This document shows, piece after piece, positions 1 through 11,460 of a stretch of DNA of 47,309 nucleotides. The first letter of the stretch is position 1, and the number at the start of each line of letters is the position of its first letter. Source of the stretch: an uncultured Candidatus Peribacteria bacterium. GTDB lineage: Bacteria; Patescibacteriota; Gracilibacteria; Absconditabacterales; Absconditicoccaceae. The translations under genes and the position numbers were made by a program. The notes below the pieces were generated by a model. That model had not been told where the DNA came from, did not search any database, and saw only the letters and a list, made by a program, of their open reading frames with translations. The stretch is from positions 39,185 to 86,493 of the forward strand of contig CAZPFR010000001.1 of assembly GCA_964586005.1 (NCBI GenBank). Reading direction: 5' to 3'.

Positions 1-1046
1 TATTTTGATTTGTTATTTTTCTTTTCATTTTTTTTTGTTTTTTTTGAATTAATATGTTTATGAAATTTTTTTGTTAGTTTGTTTTTTGTTATAATTATTG
101 TGATAATTGCTATAACTACTAATAAAATTACTATTGATGCATATGTTTCTCGTCAAATAATTAGTATATTTGTTTGTTCTATTATTTCCCCATCTTTTAT
201 AGCATCATTTGTTTCTAATCAATTTCAAAGATTTGCTGAATGTATTACACTATATGTTATAGTAAAAGGTCCTTTATAAAAAGGTAAATCGTCTATTACG
301 TTATTGATATTTGATGCTTGTTTTGAAAATATAGTTCTTTTTTCTTCAAGAAATGTTTTTTTGTATCATAATCGATTTTTAATTTCTCATTTGATTGTTA
401 TTCATTGTTCTGCGGTTCCTTTATTTTGTAATATACTTTGTATGTATAATTTTTTTTCGTCTTTTTCAAAAAAACTTAGAATTTTTGAATTTTTTGAAAT
501 ACTTTTAATTTGAGAGGTAACATCTACAAATTCTAAACCGATGGAAACTACTCATTTGGCAAAAATATCTATGAAATTTGCTCTACGTACCATTACTTTG
601 AACATGTCTTTTTGGTTTTTTTCTCATTCTATGAAATAGGTTACACATCAACGTATTTCTCCAGCAGCTTCTTCAGGAAGTGTAATTGTTCCTGTAAGGG
701 TTGTACTTCATCTAGCTGGTACTGTTATTTTATTTGTTGGTATTGATACATATTTTCAAAAATTTTCATTTTCTCATTCATTTTTACACGCTTTTTTCTG
801 ATCAGCATCATTGGTTATCGTTCCATCGACAAAATTCATAGTAATAGAAACATCTTCGTTTCCTCAATTTATTAATACCATACAAATGTTTTGTTCTTGA
901 TTTCCACTTGTTGTAAGAGATATGGTTTTTTCTAATTTTTCTGGGTTATTACAGAATCTAAGTGCTACATCTCCAATACTTGCAGCATAAGTACTACTTA
1001 TACTTATTATTCAAAAAAGAAGTAACAACATTCCAAATTTTTTCAT
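1..1046 (-). CDS. secreted protein with signal peptide and C-terminal TM anchor (3' end runs off the window). The architecture resembles CscA/DUF916-type anchors of WxL surface clusters (inference).
   Basis: The code-25 reading from ATG 1046 stays open to the window edge (348 codons, many in-frame TGA, no TAA/TAG). The N-terminus MKKFGMLLLLFGIISISSTYAAS looks like a signal peptide. Near the C-end a hydrophobic helix ASIVILLVVIAIITIIIT is followed by the basic tail KNKLTKKFHKH. No enzyme motif recognised. Confidence 0.6.
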
Positions 1047-1106
1047 TTTTTGTTTATAAAATCTAAAATATTTATTTGTGTATAAAAAAATCTTTTTTAT
1101 ATGCAA

Positions 1107-4100
1107 CTAATTTTCATAAAGAGTATATGTTAATGTTGCATGATATGCATCGATACTAATAAATGCAGGAATATCAAATCTTAATCGTGGTTTATTTCAG
1201 TATTTTCATGTTATTCCATAATTTGTTTGGTTATCTCTTTTGATATATGTGATAGGATTTCCTATTGGTTGATAATTTGTTAATGAAGAATTTATTGTAA
1301 CACGTCGATTTGAATCCCCAGAAAGAAGTGTTATTCAATCTCATTTTAAATAAATATTACTATTGTCTATATTTTCATAATCTCATGATAAATCAGAAAT
1401 AGAAATGGTTGTATAATATCAATTATCAGTTCATATAGGATCTTCTATCCAAAAATAATCGTTGAATTGTTGTTCTACAATTTGAAGATCACTTGTTGCT
1501 TCTATATTTGCGTTTATCATACTTGGTCATCAAATATTTAGTGGGTTTTTGCATATTCGATTTACACTAGCAATTGCTATTCCGGTATTAAATCCTTCAT
1601 CTCTAAATGTAAAAGTAAATGTTCCATTTTCTGTAAATGTGTAGGTATTTGATCATTGATTATTGGTGATTACTATTGGTTCTGAATATCCTGTTAATGT
1701 TGCTATAATATCTCCATTATAACAAGATCATGAATTATGACTATATTCTATATATGCAGTTGGCGGTGTATTATCTACAAATTCTGCATATAAATTGTAT
1801 ACCTGACTAGGAGTTAATGTTTTGTTATATATACGAACATCATCTAACATTCATTTATAAAAAGTATTTGCTTGATTTGCACTTCTTCTGGCAAGGGTAA
1901 TATTGTTTATTGGATTGTATCATCAGGCATCTATAGACGAATTACTTATTTTTTCTATTCCATCAATATATACTGTAGCTTTCTTTTTGCCAGGAATTTC
2001 TCAATTATCATCTATTGTTAATGTATATAAATGTCGTTCATTATTTGTTAGTGTTGTGTATGTTGAAGAATTCAGATTTAATATTGTTTGTTGTCCATTT
2101 ATAAATGTTTTGATCATTTTATCACTATTGTTTAATACTATGTTTATAGAATTTACTGCACCACTATCTCAGTGACTAAAAAGATACATATTGTTTCCTG
2201 TGCTATTTGTTTTTAATCGAAAAGATACACTTAGATCTGGTCCATATTCAAAATCTACAATACTAACTTCATCGTTTACTCCATCAAATTGGAAGGCTTT
2301 CCCATTTACTCCGGTTTGATTTCTTATTACTCATCATAATAAAATTCAATAATTATTGTTTAATGAACTATCAAATGTTGTACTTCCTGATGGTTCTTCA
2401 AACTCTAACCAAGATCGTGCTGCTGGTAACCAGGTTGTTTGTGTTGATTGAATCTCAGATATTTGACTTTCTCCAGCACTATTTATTGCTTGGATTTTGT
2501 AGTAATATCGAGTTTCTTTTTGTAGTCAAGTTATCGTTTCTTTTGTATCTGTTATTACTTTTCCACTGTATCAGCTAATTGTTGTAGAAAACGTATTTGT
2601 TGTTGAGACTCGTAACTTATAAATGGTAGCTCATGTTGTTGATTCTCGATTTATTCTAAATCAATCATTATCTAGATAATTTGCTGGTTTGAATATTGGT
2701 TTTTCTGGTTTTGTTAAAAAACCTGATTGTGTAGTATATTTTGTTCAGTAATTATTTATAGCAAAACCTTTAAAATAAATCCATGTTCATCAAGGTAGTC
2801 CTGTTAAATTTAAAGAAAAAGTACCCGTATTTGATCGGTTTCAATATTCGCTTACTTTTGTTCAAATTCCATCATTAAATCAGTTTGCTGTACTTCGATA
2901 AAATCATCTTTCTGTAATAGTACTATTTCCTATTGATAAAATATTTGCTGTTGCTAATGCTGTATTTTCTGTAATATTTGTCGTAATATTCCCTGTTATT
3001 ATTGGTACTTCATTGAGATTTACTGTTGTAAATTTCCATATTCAAGATCCAATAATTCCTGGAAAGCTATTTCCTGCTATATCTCTAAATGCACCGCTTT
3101 GAATTTCTATATAATATCAGGTAAAATTTTCGAATGCTGTTCAATGTAGTATTGTTGCTGTAGTATTATTGATTATTACTTTGTTACTGCCTGCATCAAT
3201 TGTCTCAAATATACTATTGTCATGTGTTTTTTTGATATATATAGAGAACCCAGTATAAGCTCTGATATTTTCATCAAAATTAATAATTAAATTATTGTAT
3301 AAACCTACATTTGTTTCATTGGTATAAGGGCTTGTCGATAATATTTGTGGTTTTTCATTATCGGCAGCGTATGTAAGTGTTAACATAGGTCTTTCTCCTA
3401 TAGTTCAATATTCTTTTGAACGAATACATAACCAATAATCATTACTATCTCACATTGCTATTCATTGGTTTGTATCAGGATTATCTAACCAATTTTGTAC
3501 CCGAGATAATCAATTGCTATTTAAACTAAATTCTTGTGTAATATTATTTCCTATTGCCCCAGAAAAACTAAGTGTATTGGTTATATTTGTTGTTCCATAA
3601 TCTATTCCGTTTACCATACCAATATTTCCATTGTGTCGATATTTTTCTTGTCGTTTTATCATTTTGTAATTTAACTCTCCAATACTTGCTGTACTATTTG
3701 ATTTTGTTCATTCAACCCATCATGGATTGTTTATAATAGGTCTTAATGAAAAAGACATTCCAGATGCTTGTGATGTGATATAATATCTAGATAACCTAAG
3801 TTTTGCTGAAGTGATTTTTGATCCCACTGGTATACTGGAAACATTAAACTTCATTAAAACTCTTGATCAAAAATCAGAAGCACATAAATATTGCATTGCT
3901 CAATAATTATTTTCTTGACAAATTCCATCTCCACATCCATTTGTAATATCGGTATCTGCGTCAATCATTGTATCATCACTTGGATATAATTGTAGTCCTA
4001 CATATGGATCCATAAAATTAATTTTAATTCAAGTTATCGTACTATTGATAATTTCATAATCTTGTGCATTAGTAAACGCTCAGTTTCAAAATCTGATTTC

Positions 4101-7100
4101 TATAGTATTGATATCATTATTATTTGCATGATTTATAGCAGTTCAAGATAATCCTACTATCAAGGTTTGAGTTCCACTGAGATAAAAATTTGTAGTAAGT
4201 CCAGCTGGAACTCATGACATTGTGATACTACCATTGGTTGGTGCATTATTATTGAAGGTATGTCATGTTAATTCAAAACTGATTGTGTTTTTAATTTGTC
4301 CGTTGTTCAATATATCATCTTCATCGAAAATCAAATTTGTTCCTGTTATTAATCATTTTTTTATCCAATCTACTTTTGCTATACTTTCGTATGTTATTCC
4401 TGTGATACTTTGTATTTTATATATAAATTCCCCATTACCACTAAATGTGTACTGATTTGATCAATTATTGTTTGTAATAACATAATTATTTCCGTATCAA
4501 GTAATTGTGGCTATAACATTATCAAATGTTTCGTTGTTTTGAGAATAATTGGTTGTTCGTACAGGATATACCGTTAATCCATTTGGATATGTTATGCTAC
4601 CTGTCCTTCAGTAAATATTTATATAATTTAATGTTACATTATATACTCAAGAGTTTAATTCTGGTATTATATTCGTTTTCCAAGTTCCATTTTGATAATT
4701 TGTTGTTGGATAATTTATTCCATTGATGATAACTTCTATGTTCATGTTTTTATCAGGGCTTGTTCATTCAAGAACAGGTGTTTTGGTGAATACTGTTTTT
4801 GGTGAAAAACTAGGTGCTTTCATGTATAAATTTTGAATTTCTTGATTGGTGAGTGTTTTGTTGTATATACGTACTTCATCAATTGATCCGGAAAAATAGT
4901 TTGTTGTAGTTCCTGCATATTTTCAAATAGTTTGATGTTGTGATGTTGTGTCTAATGTTACACTATTGGTACTTGTTCATCATTGGATTCCATTTACATA
5001 AATTGTTCTACTAGTTGCAGAATTAAAAATTCCTACTACATGATACCATTGTCATGCTTGTGCAGAAATTGTTCCATTTGCTGTTCTTGATACAGTATTT
5101 CTTGCTGTAATTTGAAATGTTGCATTATTTAAATTAATTCAAAAATATCTATTATTTGAGTTACTTCTTCCTTTAAACACAATTCATTGAGTTCATGTGA
5201 TTCTATCTGGTTTTACCCAAGCAGAAATAGTGAAAGGATATGTTGATACGATAGGTTGAGTGATATTAATATATTGATTTGTACCATTGAAACTCATTGT
5301 TGGAAGTCATGATAGAGTAGTGGTGTAAACATTATTTATACTATTTGCTAGATAATTATTTGATGAAATATCATAAAAATATGTTCCTGTGTATGATCCG
5401 TCTACATGTAATTGTAGCCCTAAAGATTCTTGTGTAGGAGTAGTATCTAAATAAATAGTATCTTGAATATATGCAAAACCTCAATTTCCACTAAATATTC
5501 CATAAACAGTTTTTTCTCAGTTAGCGCCAGTAAGTGTTCGAGGATAATTTGTATCATAGGTAACCCGATTGGCGCTATCTCTTTCACTTGGCGTGTTTCC
5601 AAACTTCATATGAGTTGCTCCAGTAATGTTTGTTTGTAATGTTACATTATTGCTTGTAGTACTTATTTCATCATTATTTATTACAAAATTTCCTGACCAT
5701 ATTCCTAATGAAAATATGGTAAAATGATTCGTTTGAAAAGAAGCAAAAACTCAATTTTCTTCAGATTGTGTTTTAATTGTATCAAAATATTTCCATTCAT
5801 TTCCATCTTGAGAATATTGAATAATGATATTTTTTTCCTTGTAATATTCTGGTAGAGTTATTTTGATAGTAGCATTTTTATCATTTCCTATATCATCTTG
5901 TAAAAATATTGGTTCTTCAGCTCCTGCTTTAAATGTAGTGATATGTTCAACTCATTGTTGTGATTCTTTGTTTTCTATAGGAAAAAAATCTATAATTCAG
6001 GTATATTCGCTGTTATCATTTGTTTTTATAATAGTATTTTCTGGAAAAATTATTTCTCCTATAAAATTACTTTCCTCTTTTGTTATAATTGTTGCTTGTG
6101 GAATTAGTCATTCAGTTCTTTCTAAATCGAATCATTTTTTTCCTATTAAAATTTTCTTATCTTTTTTAGTTTCTTCCAAAAAACCTAAATTACATAATTC
6201 TTCTTTGAATATTGTATTTTTATCTTTTTTATTGGTTTCTTGTTCTGTTTCTCATGATTTTATAGTATCGATCTTTTGATCTTCTTCTGCTTTCTGATTA
6301 CTTTTAGTAAATGTTATCCATACTTCATTGATTCTTTTTCTGGTTGATGGTCCCATGTATCATTGAACTTTTTTATTGTCTTCTTGTCATTTTAATATGC
6401 TTTCTTTGAGTTGAAATTGATAGATTGCTTCTATTGTTCTTTGATCATATGTGTTATTTATTTCTCAATTATACACTCAGTATCGATATAAAAATTTTTG
6501 TAAATCTCCTATAAGTTGATTTTGCTCGTCTTTTTGAAATGGATTAGAAAAATAAGAATCTGATTTTTTGTTTTCTATTTCTTCTTCTATTTCTATTTTT
6601 TCAATATTTGTATCTGTCTTTTTAACTTTAGTTTCTATAATCTGTTTGTTGGTATCTTCTTCTTTTGTTATACTTATTTCTTTATTTTCTATTTCTTGTA
6701 ATTTTTTATCCTCTTGATTTATATTATTTTCTTTTGTATCATCGAGAGTTTTATCTGTAACTGGTAGTCAATTTGAAGTAAAAGGGGAGTATTTTCTTAT
6801 TAAATATTTATTTATTTCTGTTATTTCATAATTTGATAATCATCTATCATAAATTAATATCTCTGCAATATATCATCCTAATGGTAAAATACCTAATTTT
6901 AATGTTCATTCTGATTCTATTGGTTTTTGGAGAATAGTTATTTCATTGTTGTTCATATGAACTATTGTTCATCAAGAATTTGTGCTAATACTTATAGCTT
7001 TGAATGAATTATTTCATCGATAACTAGGAATATTTACACCTCCTGAAGCAAAAAATATAAAATTATTCTGGTCAAATCATACAAATCGTTTTTCATTACT

Positions 7101-7940
7101 TCCTATTGCTGAAGCAAATCATCAAGGAGTTATTTCTTTGTTGTATACCAAAAATAATGTATACTCTTTTTGAAGTCTGATGTTTGTTTCTAATTCATCG
7201 TCTATGTTATCAAAGAAAATTGCTGGATAATTATTGATAATATTCTCAACGTATAGTGGTTGTTTATTTTCTTTCTTTGCAAAAGCTTTATGTGAAAATC
7301 AACGTCTATCTTTTCGTTCTTGTACATTATTTCATGATTGAATAATGCTATTTGATTTATTTGCATCAAACCATGCTTCTAAGTTTTCTACATCAATAGG
7401 ACTATCTATTTCTTTTATTTCTATTGTAATATCTCAAGTAATTTCTTGAACATCTCAAGTGATTTCTTGAACATCTCAAGTGATTTCTTGAACATCTCAG
7501 GTTATTTCTTGAACATCTCAAGTAATTTCTTGAATATCTCAGGTTATTTCTTGAACATCTCAAGTAATTTCTTGAACATCTCAGGTTATTTCTTGAATAT
7601 CTCAAGTAATTTCTTGAATATCTCAGGTTATTTCTTGAACATCTCACGTAATTTCTTGGATGTTTCAAGATAAATTATCGTTTTGTTCGTCGTTTATATT
7701 TTCATCTTTGTTAATTATTTCATTTGTGTAAGTTTGAATTATTTCATCTTCGGTTATTATCGTTTGATCTCCAGTTTGAGCAAACATCGAATTTACAACA
7801 TAATATAGCCAAAATCCCAATACAACAAGACAAATATGCATATAACTTAAAAGTATATGTTTATGTTTATTTGCCAAATGTCCACTTTTGTGAATTAGAC
7901 TTCTGGCATTATGAATTATAAAATGTCTTGTTTTTCTCAT
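1107..7940 (-). CDS. giant (2277 aa) membrane-anchored multidomain surface/adhesin-like protein
   Basis: ATG 7940 to TAG 1107-1109. Every in-phase triplet was checked by hand: no TAA/TAG, many TGA. The track ORF 3141-3386 is in the same phase. Motifs seen: TM HICLVVLGFWLYYVVNSMFA; 11x (V/I)QEITGD. Three LamG-type domain ends: GGYIAEILIYDRGLSNYEI, GSIDEVRIYNKTLTNQEIQNLY, GMLDDVRIYNKTLTPSQVYNLY. PG-binding-like LIGDLQKFLYRYGVYNGEINNTYDQRTIEAIYQFQ (~6330-6540). DNRLRE-like ...KITSAKLRLS...SKEYGTIGERPMLTLTY (~3370-3990). Ig-like Big_5-type ...AFRDIAGNSFPG..WKFTT (~3030-3360). FN3-like RYYYKIQAINSAGES (~2440-2700). C-terminal WxL-like domain (~1107-1480). Confidence 0.85.
7431..7661 (-). repeat. 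11 tandem 21-bp in-frame repeats inside the giant gene
   Basis: Plus-strand unit atctcaagtaatttcttgaac x11, with variants at 3-4 positions. On the coding strand this is GTTCAAGAAATTACTTGAGAT = heptad (V/I)QEITGD. The Gly of every heptad is a TGA codon. Confidence 0.95.
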
Positions 7941-7980
7941 GATTTATAATTTTGATAATTCAAAATTGTTTCATATTACA

Positions 7981-8008
7981 ATTATATTATCTTTTCTCTA
8001 ATCAGCAA
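7981..8008 (-). promoter_or_regulatory. candidate sigma-70-type promoter of the giant gene
   Basis: Minus strand TTGCTG-N16-TATAAT (plus strand cagcaa 8003-8008, attata 7981-7986), about 40 nt upstream of ATG 7940. Confidence 0.35.
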
Positions 8009-8080
8009 TTTTAGTATAGTTTATTATTACAATGAGATTGTTATCTTGTTTTTTTTATTAATATTAGTTGACATTTTATA

Positions 8081-8116
8081 AAAAATAAAAAAAGAAGATG
8101 CGTTAAGCATCTTCTT
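8081..8116 (-). terminator. rho-independent terminator after the small WxL-like gene
   Basis: The minus-strand RNA reads AAGAAGAUGC-UUAAC-GCAUCUUCUU followed by a U-rich run. This is a 10-bp perfect stem (plus 8092-8101 / 8107-8116). Confidence 0.7.
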
Positions 8117-8139
8117 AGAAAAATTCAAAAAATTTATTA

Positions 8140-8706
8140 TTAATTTTCGATAATTGTATATGTTACTGTTGCTTGGTATGAACCAACTGCTTGATAAGCA
8201 GGTATAGTTACTTGTAGCCAAGGAAATGCTGCATATTGTCCTAATTTTCCAGCATTTGGAGCACTATCCCTTTTAATAAATGTTATAGCATTATTAAGTG
8301 GTGTGTAATTTAATAGAGTATTACTTACTACAACATTTGCATTAGCACTTCCATTGATAACTGATGTATTTACAGTGTCTACTTTTGCAGCAATATTTGC
8401 AGCTGGTATTGTTCCATTAGCTCCAGAAAGATCAGTTACTTGAAGAGTTGTGTAATATCAATCGTCAGCTCCTTTCATATCTTGAACTCGGAAGTAATTT
8501 CCTGTACCGAATTTTTTTTCTTGTGTGACTTCTGTTGTAGAAACAGCAAGACTTCCAAAATCTAATGCACCTGTTTGTCCAATAGTTACTTGTCCTCAGA
8601 TGATTGTTAAATAAACATCTGTACTTACTTGAGCTTTTGTTGTTGCGCCAAATATTGCAGCCAATAGGAAAGCCCCTACCAATAACGTTTTTGTTCTTTT
8701 AAACAT
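8140..8706 (-). CDS. small secreted protein with WxL-like domain, paralogous to the C-terminus of the giant protein
   Basis: ATG 8706, TAA 8140-8142, 188 aa. Signal peptide MFKRTKTLLVGAFLLAAIFGATTKAQV. NYFRVQDMKGADDGYYTTLQVTDLSG ... ITFIKRD ... FPWLQVTIPAYQAVGSYQATVTYTIIEN is collinear with the giant's DYFWIEDPIGTDNGYYTTISISDLSG ... ITYIKRD ... LRFDIPAFISIDAYHATLTYTLYEN. Confidence 0.8.
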
Positions 8707-8741
8707 TTTGTTTTAAATAAAAAATAAAATTTTTCATACTT

Positions 8742-8769
8742 ATTATAAGTGGAATTTTTTATTTTGCAA
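8742..8769 (-). promoter_or_regulatory. candidate promoter of the WxL-like gene
   Basis: Minus strand TTGCAA-N16-TATAAT (plus ttgcaa 8764-8769, attata 8742-8747), about 35 nt upstream of ATG 8706. Confidence 0.4.
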
Positions 8770-8843
8770 ATTTTTGAATATTTTTTTCATTAGGGAAATG
8801 ATGAAGATTAATCTTTGGTCTACTATGATCTTTGTGAAAAATT

Positions 8844-8866
8844 AAAAAAACATCTTTAGAAGATGC
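8844..8866 (-). terminator. rho-independent terminator after the 8922-9542 gene
   Basis: Minus-strand RNA GCAUCUU-CUA-AAGAUG followed by U7 (plus A-run 8844-8850). Confidence 0.5.
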
Positions 8867-8921
8867 TCTTTCAGTGGTCCTTTCTATTATTGAATGAAAA
8901 CAATCACAATAGGAAATTGAT

Positions 8922-9542
8922 TTATAATTCGTGTTCTTCTTTTTTTTCGAGATATTCTTTTATAACATCAGATAATACTTCTGTTAATAAAGATATTTGT
9001 TCGTTGTTTGTTTCTGGTTGTTTTGGGTCTAAATATGTTTTTTGTTTTATAGCATTTTCTTTTAATTTCATTATTTTTTTGATTTGTTTTTTTGGCATAT
9101 TTACTTGTTCAAAATCGTATGTTATACCATGATCTAGTTGGATTTTAATGTTTCCTTTCAAAAAGATTTTATCCCAAAATGTTTTTTGCTCGTGACTTAT
9201 TGTTTCTATAGCATCTCGTCAAAAAAATTCAGTTTTATTTTTTCGTATTCCATCCCGAGAAAAAAATGTTATTCATTGTTTTGATAAAATGATACAATCA
9301 ATTATTTTATTGAAAATATCTGTACTATATTTTATCAATAATAAAATACCAAGACCTATAAATATTCGTTTGAAAAAAGGCTGTTGGATATAATCTTTTA
9401 ATAAAAAATATATACAAAAAAGTATAGCTAATAATATAATTGTTCTAATACTATCTTTAAAAATAATGCTTCAATTGTGAAAAACAATGTCTTCGACACT
9501 GTCTTCATTTATATATTGACTGAAAAAGTTTTTGAGAATCAT
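8922..9542 (-). CDS. hypothetical membrane protein (2 TM plus soluble domain; weak resemblance to the YdbS/bPH layout)
   Basis: ATG 9542, TAA 8922-8924, 206 aa, in phase with track ORF 8922-9161 through three TGA codons. Hydrophobic stretches IRTIILLAILFCIYFLL and FIGLGILLLI. Confidence 0.6.
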
Positions 9543-9560
9543 ATAAAGATTGTTGTAAAA

Positions 9561-9785
9561 TTATTTTTGTATAGCATCAATCTTTTTTTGTTTTTCTAAG
9601 AATTTTTCCATTCTTCCTTTAACTACTTTCTTTATAACTTTGTCTTTGTTATATGTAGGATGACATTTGTAACACGTTTCGAGTTTTATAGGACCAGGAG
9701 TAGTTGTGCTTATTGTAAATGTTGCTCCGCAGATACAGTTTACTTCTACATTATTGAAGTATTTTGGATGAATTCAATCTTTCAT
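9561..9785 (-). CDS. rpmE: 50S ribosomal protein L31
   Basis: 74 aa, MKDGIHPKYFNNVEVNCICGATFTISTTTPGPIKLETCYKCHPTYN... The start matches the L31 signature (K-x-x-IHP-x-Y), with two Cys pairs. The 4th codon is TGA=Gly. Confidence 0.9.
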
Positions 9786-9870
9786 GATAAATAATATACG
9801 TTATAAATAGATAAATGTAGAAATGCTTTTGGCAAATTGGAAACCTACATTTGGTATGATAAGAAGTGTA

Positions 9871-10377
9871 TTAACGAGTAAATGCACAATGAATTGGCTT
9901 GTAATCAAAGATTTCTTGTTCAGAAAACCAGTGTTTTATTTCGGCTTCAGCTTCTTCTTTGTTACCTGATGCATGAACAAGATTTGGTAATCCGATGTTT
10001 TCTTTATCTGCATAATCAAAAGACATATGCGCGTAATCTCATCTAATAGTACCTGGTGCTGCTGATTTTGGTTCTGTGGATCATACAATTTTACGAACAT
10101 ATTCTACAGCACAAACTCATTCTAATATCATTGCAATAATAGGACTTTTTGTCATGAGATCTAGTACCATATCAAAAGGTTTTTGTCAACGACGAGAAAT
10201 CATTTGTCCTATATTTTCGTAGTGATGATATAGAAAGTCTTTATCTGGTTTTACCATTTTTATCCCTACAATATGGAGTCCAGCTCTTTCGAAGCGAGAA
10301 ATTATTTCTCAAGATATTGAACGTCAAACAGTGTCTGGTTTTAGCACAACCAAAGTTCTTTCTATTTTGCTCATCAT
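9871..10377 (-). CDS. ndk: nucleoside diphosphate kinase
   Basis: 168 aa: [36 protein letters not shown] ... ILEGVCAVEYVRKIVGSTEP..APGTIRGDY ... NLVHASG. TGA falls at conserved Gly positions (EG, VG, RGD). Confidence 0.92.
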
Positions 10378-10442
10378 GCTTTGTTATAAATAAAGCGTTT
10401 ATTATACATATGATTTTACTAGAAAAATTCAAGTACAAATAG

Positions 10443-11438
10443 TTAATATATACATATGTTTTCAATAGAAACTATTTTATTATTGTTTTTGTCTATCTTT
10501 GCACTTATTCCTTCTTGTTGGTTTATCCTTGGAAAATAATAATTTTGAGTTTCCTCAGTTTCTTCTATAATCGCTGGTAAATAATCTGATTGTATTGCAA
10601 AATTGTTTTTTTCAAAAAATATATTCAGATTTGGTAAATTTCATTCTATTTTATTTTCATTTTCTGCACTTGTATTGAGTATTGAAATTGAATTGTTTGT
10701 AAAATTTATTGTTACTTTGTATGTTTTGTTATTATAAATAAAAAATTTACTAGTGTTTTCTGTAATATTATTTATCACAAGGTATTCTTTGCTTGTTTTA
10801 CAGAATGTTTTTATTGTATCTTCTTTTATTGGTGGTTCAGATAAAAATTCTTTTGTTCTCATTTTATTGGTATTTGATCAATCTTGTTCTCTTTCCGGTA
10901 ATGCCATTATCATAACGTTACCTATTTCATTTGATGCTCATTCTCATCTTTCTATTATTGGTTCAGAATTTTTTATATTTGTATTTTCCTTTGTATATTT
11001 CGTTGATATTGTTTCTTTTTGTTCTATTTTATTTTCAGTTGATTGTTCTTTTACGGTTTCGTTTGTCTCTATTTCATTTGTTTTTATTTCATTATAAAAA
11101 GCTATTTGTTGAGTATTACTATTTTGATTGTTTTGGATATAATTAAAAATAATAAACATCAATATTCATGTAGTAATCGTAGAAAATCCAATTATCCAAT
11201 ATTTTATTCAATCAAATAATGGTCGTGTTTTTTTATTTTCTACCGTTGCTTTTTGTTTGTTAATTATTTGGATAATTTCCTTTTTAAGGACTATTTTGAA
11301 TTGATTTGTAAATGGTGTTTTTGGCTTATTTTCAATAAGTTCTTGAATTAAACTTTCAAGTTCTTTTTTTGTCATTTTTATACTAGGATCAATATTGGTA
11401 ATGTCGTTTATTATTTCTTGAATTATAGAATTTCCCAT
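10443..11438 (-). CDS. single-pass membrane protein downstream of the sigma factor (anti-sigma role proposed from position only)
   Basis: ATG 11438, TAA 10443-10445, 331 aa. It joins track ORFs 11208-11438, 10944-11162 and 10641-10862, all in one phase via TGA. TM IKYWIIGFSTITTGILMFIIFNYI. The extracytoplasmic part is N/E/K/T-rich. No HxxxCxxC zinc anti-sigma motif. Confidence 0.55.
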
Positions 11439-11460
11439 TTAAAATTATTAGTTCATAAAG

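Noticed and set aside
5863-6279. 138-aa plus-strand ORF, along with other long plus-strand ORFs between 1.9 and 6.3 kb
   Set aside because: They are antisense to the verified giant gene. They are hydrophobic and low-complexity, as expected from reading AT-rich codons backwards. They have no start context and no motif.
7431-7661. Possible CRISPR array
   Set aside because: The repeats are directly abutting 21-mers with no spacers, are in frame within a verified ORF, and no cas genes are present.
7402-7673. Track ORFs 7402-7668(-) and 7446-7673(+), with striking SRNNLRCSRN / NISSDFLNIS periodic peptides
   Set aside because: They are the 21-bp tandem repeat read in the wrong frame or strand. 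The correct frame is the giant gene's (V/I)QEITGD heptads, continuous with the flanking sequence.
10241-10465. 74-aa minus-strand track ORF spanning the ndk start
   Set aside because: It is out of frame with ndk, whose product is strongly conserved. The upstream gene actually ends at TAA 10443-10445, a stop I first missed through a mis-split codon and then corrected.
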